Shown here piece after piece: positions 59,895 through 64,000 of a stretch of DNA of 64,000 nt (positions are counted from its first letter, which is position 1; every line of letters begins with the position of its first letter). The position numbers and the translations under genes were made by a program. This DNA is from Methylobacterium sp. (GTDB lineage: Bacteria > Pseudomonadota > Alphaproteobacteria > Rhizobiales > Beijerinckiaceae): assembly GCF_028290105.1 (NCBI RefSeq), contig NZ_JAQGKL010000098.1, forward strand, positions 13,775 through 77,774. Direction: 5' to 3'. Below the pieces are notes generated by a model. That model saw only the letters and a program-made list of their open reading frames with translations. It was not told the origin of the DNA and did no database searches.

Positions 59895-60742
59895 GGGCGC
59901 CATCGCCAACCACGAGCGAGCTGCCGGTCCTGCTGCCGTTCCGGGTCTCGCGCACGCGGACCCGGTTCGTCCCCCGCCCGGCCCAGGCCTGGCTCCTCGG
60001 AGCGTGGCTCGCCGGCCTGGTCCTCGTGGTGCCGGCCTTCGCGCAGGGCGCGGATGCAGTGCTGTCACCGCTCCAGGTCGTCCTGCGCTGGGCGCCGCTC
60101 CTGCTCACGGGCTTTGCCTTCAACGTCGCGATCTCGCTTGTCGCGATGCTCCTCGGCACGGGGGCCGGCGTCGGGCTGGGGCTCGGCTTGGTCAGTGAAG
60201 TGCCGGTCCTGCGCCGCGTCGCCTGGGGCGTGACGCAGTTTTTTCGCAACGTGCCCTGGCTGGTGCTGCTGTTCTTCGTGATGTTCCTCGTGCCGTTCCA
60301 GGTCACGGTGTTCGGGCTGCGCGTGCCGCTACCCGACTGGGTCAAAGCGACGATCGGGTTCGCGCTGCCGGTGATGGCCAACGTCGCCGAGATCGTGCGC
60401 GGGGCGGTGCGCTCGGTGCCGGTCACCCAATGGGAGGCGGCCGAATCCCTGGCTTTCACCCGGCGGCAGACGCTGTTCCGCATCATCCTGCCCCAGTGCC
60501 TCAAGCGGATGCTGCCGCCGTGGATGAACGTCTACGCCCTGATCGCCATGGCCACCGTGCAGGCTTCCATCGTTGGCGTCACGGAGATGCTGACGCTGAC
60601 GGCGCAGGTCCATGCGGCGGAAGGGGGCCGGCCGGAGCTGTTCGCGCCCCTCTACGGCTTCGCCCTGCTGTGCTTCTTCCTCTACTGCTACCCGATCGAC
60701 CGGCTGACCGCGCGCCTGGAGCGGCGCTTCGAGACGGCTTGA
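59891..60742 (+). CDS. amino-acid ABC transporter permease
   Basis: FFRNVPWLV; AEIVRGA..SV...QWEAA.SL; GTGA overlap. Confidence 0.9.
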   Translation: MRAPSPTTSELPVLLPFRVSRTRTRFVPRPAQAWLLGAWLAGLVLVVPAFAQGADAVLSPLQVVLRWAPLLLTGFAFNVAISLVAMLLGTGAGVGLGLGLVSEVPVLRRVAWGVTQFFRNVPWLVLLFFVMFLVPFQVTVFGLRVPLPDWVKATIGFALPVMANVAEIVRGAVRSVPVTQWEAAESLAFTRRQTLFRIILPQCLKRMLPPWMNVYALIAMATVQASIVGVTEMLTLTAQVHAAEGGRPELFAPLYGFALLCFFLYCYPIDRLTARLERRFETA

Positions 60743-60755
60743 GGCCCGCGTTTCT

Positions 60756-60790
60756 GATGGTGCGATTTCGATGGTGCGATTTCGATGGTG
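60756..60790. repeat. 14-bp tandem repeat GATGGTGCGATTTC x2.5 spanning a start codon
   Basis: Copies at 60756 and 60770, partial at 60784; ATGs at 60757, 60771 and 60785. Confidence 0.85.
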
Positions 60791-61537
60791 AGTGTCCCGC
60801 CCGCCGATCCGCCGATCGTGCAACTGCTCGACGTGCACAAGTCCTTCGGCGAGGCGGAGGTCCTGAAGGGGATCAGCTTCGACGTGCGCCGAGGCGAGGT
60901 CGTCTGCATCATCGGGCCATCGGGCTCGGGCAAGTCGACGCTGATTCGCTGCATCAACGCCCTCGTTCCGGTGACTTCCGGCACCATCCGGGTCGATGGG
61001 ATCGAGGTGGCCGACCCAAAGCTCGACAAGCTGGCCCTGCGGCGCAAGGTCGGCATGGTGTTCCAGCAGTACAACCTGTTTCCGCACAAGACGGCGCTCC
61101 AGAACGTCATGATGGCGCCGATCCACGTGCTGGGTCAGGACAGGCGCGAGGTCGAGGTCCGGGCGCGGGCGCTCCTCGCCAAGGTACGGCTCGCCGGCAA
61201 GGAGGCGGCCTATCCTGGCGAGATGTCCGGTGGGCAGCAGCAGCGCGTGGCCATCGCCCGCTCCCTGGCGATGCGGCCGGACGTGATGCTGTTCGACGAA
61301 GTCACCGCGGCGCTCGATCCGGAGACGGTCAAGGAAGTGCTGGTCACCATCCGCGAACTCGCCGAGGAGGGCATGACCTGCCTTCTCGTCACGCACGAGA
61401 TGAACTTCGCCCGCGAGGTCGCCGACCACGTCTACTTCACCGATCGCGGCGTCATCGTCGAGCATGGGCCGCCCGAGACGTTGTTCTCGTCCGCCGTCGA
61501 TCCGCGCACGCGGCAGTTTCTTTCTCAGGTTCTTTAG
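60785..61537 (+). CDS. amino-acid ABC transporter ATP-binding protein
   Basis: GPSGSGKST, MSGGQQQRVAIAR and LFDEVT. Confidence 0.95.
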   Translation: MVSVPPADPPIVQLLDVHKSFGEAEVLKGISFDVRRGEVVCIIGPSGSGKSTLIRCINALVPVTSGTIRVDGIEVADPKLDKLALRRKVGMVFQQYNLFPHKTALQNVMMAPIHVLGQDRREVEVRARALLAKVRLAGKEAAYPGEMSGGQQQRVAIARSLAMRPDVMLFDEVTAALDPETVKEVLVTIRELAEEGMTCLLVTHEMNFAREVADHVYFTDRGVIVEHGPPETLFSSAVDPRTRQFLSQVL

Positions 61538-61798
61538 GCCTCGATCGGAGCGTCGTCAGGCATGCTGCGGGCATCGCCCCCTTGATCATCGTGCAGATCG
61601 GAAGATTTTCCCTCGCGGTGACGCGTGGGGTTACAGTCATGCGGCAGCATTCCGCTTCATGTAAATCGAAGCAAGATCGCGTTATTTCACATCGCTCATA
61701 TTCAGCGCTTCAAGCTTGTGGCCGTGCCATTTCGTCGACTTGCGTGACGTCGTGTGCACTCGGGTCAATTGTAGAGACACTTCGATTTTGCCACTTGG

Positions 61799-61838
61799 AA
61801 GCGGTAGGTCGCGAGTTCAAGTCCCGCAACCGGCACCA
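61799..61838 (+). repeat. attR-like copy of the tRNA-Thr 3' end
   Basis: AAGCGGTAGGTCGCGAGTTCAAGTCCCGCAACCGGCACCA is identical to 45020-45059 (45 bp with one mismatch). Confidence 0.92.
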
Positions 61839-62067
61839 TGGTTTTCGATCCGGTTTGAAACGTATCGCCTCGGTTTTCGTTCGGCTTCGAGATTCACCCG
61901 ACGAGCTGGGACAGGCGCCAGTGAGGCGCCGTACGCCCGCCGTGGGTGACGGAGGGGATGGGCGTGCCGGTCGAAGGGCGCGCCCGGGACGGGAACCGTT
62001 CCGCCGATCGGGCTTTGTCCGGGCACGCGCCGGTCGTGCCGGCGCCTGACGCCCCACAGGAGTGCGC

Positions 62068-62505
62068 ATGCCGACGGACCTCCCGAACGAGCGCAGCATC
62101 CGGCCCGCCGGATCGATGGAGCTTGATCCCTCCGCCGAGGGCGTGGCCATCGACGAGACGCCTCGCCTCATCGCCTCGAACAAGGTCGAGGGCACGGCGG
62201 CCTACAGCCCGGACGGCGAGCGTATCGGCACGGTCTACAATTTCATGGTCGACAAGGTCTCGGGGCAGGTCGCCTACGCGGTCCTGTCGTTCGGAGGCTT
62301 TCTCGGCCTCGGCGAGAGCTACCATCCGGTGCCCTGGCGGGCCCTGACCTACAGCGTCGAGCTCGGCGGATACATCGTCGAGATCGACCGCGACACCCTC
62401 GCGGGCGCGCCGACGCAGGGGCCCGGCGAGGACCCGTTCGCCGACCCGGCCTTCGGCACCCGCGTCGACGGGCATTACGGCGGCAGCAAAGTCCCGACCG
62501 CCTGA
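62068..62505 (+). CDS. PRC-barrel domain protein
   Basis: LIAS.KVEGT.Y...GERIG.V..FMVDK.SGQVAYAVLSFGGFLG.G..YHP.PW; RBS AGGAG. Confidence 0.88.
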   Translation: MPTDLPNERSIRPAGSMELDPSAEGVAIDETPRLIASNKVEGTAAYSPDGERIGTVYNFMVDKVSGQVAYAVLSFGGFLGLGESYHPVPWRALTYSVELGGYIVEIDRDTLAGAPTQGPGEDPFADPAFGTRVDGHYGGSKVPTA

Positions 62506-62509
62506 GGGG

Positions 62510-63166
62510 TCAGCGCTCCGGCGTGGCGATGATCCGGTCGAAGTCGAGGCGCGCGGCCTCGATCACGATCTGGGTCCGGCTGATCACGTCGAGCTTGCGC
62601 AGGATTTCGGAGACGTGGGCCTTCACGGTCGAGTCGCCGACCTGGAGCTCGTACGCGATCTGCTTGTTCAGCTTGCCCTGTCGGATCATCGCCAGCACGC
62701 GCAATTGTTGCGGCGTCAAACGCGCGACCCGTTCGGCGAGCGGCGCCTTGTGCGGGTTCGTAGCCCTCTGATCGGCTGGCATGGTCCCGGGAACGAAGAG
62801 CCCACCGGCCAGGACGTCGGCGATGGCCCGCGTCAGGGTCGGTTTGTCCACGGCCTTGGGCACGAACCCGGCCGCACCGTGGTCCAGGGCCTCGCGGATG
62901 ATGCGCGGGTCTTCCAGACCGGAGACCACGAGGATCGGCACGCGGGGCGCCCGCGCCCGGATCGTCGCCAGCCCCTCGAAGCCGGTGACGCCCTGCATCG
63001 AGAGGTCGAGGAGGATGATCTCGATGGCGGCCTGCTTGCCCAGCACCGCGCAGGCGCTGGCGATGCCGTCGGCCTCGTGCAGGGTCGCATCCGGGTAGGC
63101 GAGGCCCACCGCGCTTGCGAGCGCCTCGCGAAACAGCGGATGATCGTCGACGATGAGGAGATGCAT
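62510..63166 (-). CDS. NarL/LuxR family response regulator
   Basis: LIVDDHPLFR, LLDLSM and LTPQQ..VL......NKQIAYEL....STVKAH. Confidence 0.93.
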   Translation of the reverse strand: MHLLIVDDHPLFREALASAVGLAYPDATLHEADGIASACAVLGKQAAIEIILLDLSMQGVTGFEGLATIRARAPRVPILVVSGLEDPRIIREALDHGAAGFVPKAVDKPTLTRAIADVLAGGLFVPGTMPADQRATNPHKAPLAERVARLTPQQLRVLAMIRQGKLNKQIAYELQVGDSTVKAHVSEILRKLDVISRTQIVIEAARLDFDRIIATPER

Positions 63167-63302
63167 GCCCGTCCCGCCGGGCGCCCACTTACGCGCGCCA
63201 ACGGACGCCGCATTGCGCGCAAACCTGCCGCCCGACATACTCGTGTCACCGTGGAGAACCGGGCGTCAAGCCCGGCACGTGCCGACCGGGTGAGGGACGA
63301 AC

Positions 63303-64000
63303 GTGGCAGAGGGGACGCGGGTGCGCACGCATCTGTGCGGCATCACGACGGCCTGGAGCGAGGCTCCCGACGCCGAAGGCGCGATCGCCGAGATCGGCGC
63401 CGCCATCGGTGCGCGCGATGTCGCGCAGGTCGTGGCGTTCTTCTCGGCCGATTACGACGCCGAGACCCTGAACCGGGGGCTTTCGGCGCGTTTCACCGGG
63501 GCGGGCATCGCCGGCTGCACGATGTCCGGCGGCATCTCGCCGGCGGGCGGGCTCGATCGGGGCCTCGTCGTCATCGCATTTCCGACCCGGGGCTTCCGCA
63601 TCGTCTCGACTCTCCTCGATGCCATCGACCACCTCGACGTCGAGCGCACCGCCACCAGCGTGCGGGCCTTGCGCCGGAGCCTCGAGGACGGGGGCGCCGA
63701 TGCGAGCCTCGGGCGCCGCTTTGCCCTCTCGCTCATCGACGGTCTCGCCAACGCGGAGGAGACGGTGGTCTCGGCCATCGCCTGGGCGCTCGACGGCATT
63801 CCGCTCGTCGGCGGTTCGGCCGGCGACGACCTCACCTTCCGCGAGACCGTTCTGCTCCATGACGGGCACATCCACCGGCGTGCCGCCGTGCTGCTGCTGG
63901 TCGAGTCGGATTTCCCGATCCAGATCTTCAAGAGCGACAATTTCGAGCCGACCGACACGAAGTTCGTGGTCACCGCGTCGGATGACGAGCAGCGCACCGT
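63303..64000 (+). CDS. FIST-domain (NosP-like) protein, runs off the right edge (not in ORF track)
   Basis: Hand translation from GTG 63303: FFSADYD, GCTMSG.I, LIDGL...EE, IPLVGGSAGDDL.F; no stop before the window end. Confidence 0.8.
   Translation, partial: MAEGTRVRTHLCGITTAWSEAPDAEGAIAEIGAAIGARDVAQVVAFFSADYDAETLNRGLSARFTGAGIAGCTMSGGISPAGGLDRGLVVIAFPTRGFRIVSTLLDAIDHLDVERTATSVRALRRSLEDGGADASLGRRFALSLIDGLANAEETVVSAIAWALDGIPLVGGSAGDDLTFRETVLLHDGHIHRRAAVLLLVESDFPIQIFKSDNFEPTDTKFVVTASDDEQRT

Larger units (their letters stand above)
45020..61838. mobile_element. genomic island integrated in the tRNA-Thr 3' end (~16.8 kb), no integrase seen
   Basis: Exact 40-bp direct repeat of the tRNA 3' half at 45020-45059 and 61799-61838; pseudogenes and AT-richer spacers inside. 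Confidence 0.85.

Noticed and set aside
61992-62016. EcfG promoter for the PRC-barrel gene (GGAAC-N16-CTTT)
   Set aside because: The -10 element mismatches the consensus; plausible but too weak to list as a feature
1-64000. CRISPR array
   Set aside because: All repeats found are tandem (no unique spacers) with 2-3 copies, and there are no cas genes

Overview
GC-rich alphaproteobacterial chromosome segment. Gene content suggests Methylobacterium/Methylorubrum; this is an inference from protein families, not a database result. The core scaffold includes metK, trmB, mucR/ros, glsA, glnII, htpG and tRNA-Thr(UGU), interleaved with many small stress/signalling genes: HWE kinases, Crp/Fnr proteins, a NepR-sigmaEcfG pair, PRC-barrels and small secreted proteins. 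Four accessory blocks stand out. (1) A Cre-like tyrosine recombinase sits divergent from a ugd-uxs operon, which is followed by a flavoprotein carrying eukaryotic-type UDP-pyranose mutase motifs and a large polytopic membrane protein (candidate pentofuranose glycosylation system). (2) A di-heme peroxidase / DoxX-like / cupredoxin / GGDEF-EAL module. (3) A ~16.8 kb island integrated in tRNA-Thr, bounded by an exact 40-bp direct repeat (45020-45059 / 61799-61838) but with no recognisable integrase. It carries pseudogene relics, a KaiC-like ATPase with a hybrid kinase, an HWE kinase, five DUF6894-like copies, Crp, and a solA-like oxidase with an amino-acid ABC transporter. (4) A FIST/NosP-like gene runs off the right edge. 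No CRISPR array, rRNA or IS was found. Family names come from motif recognition only; no searches were run.
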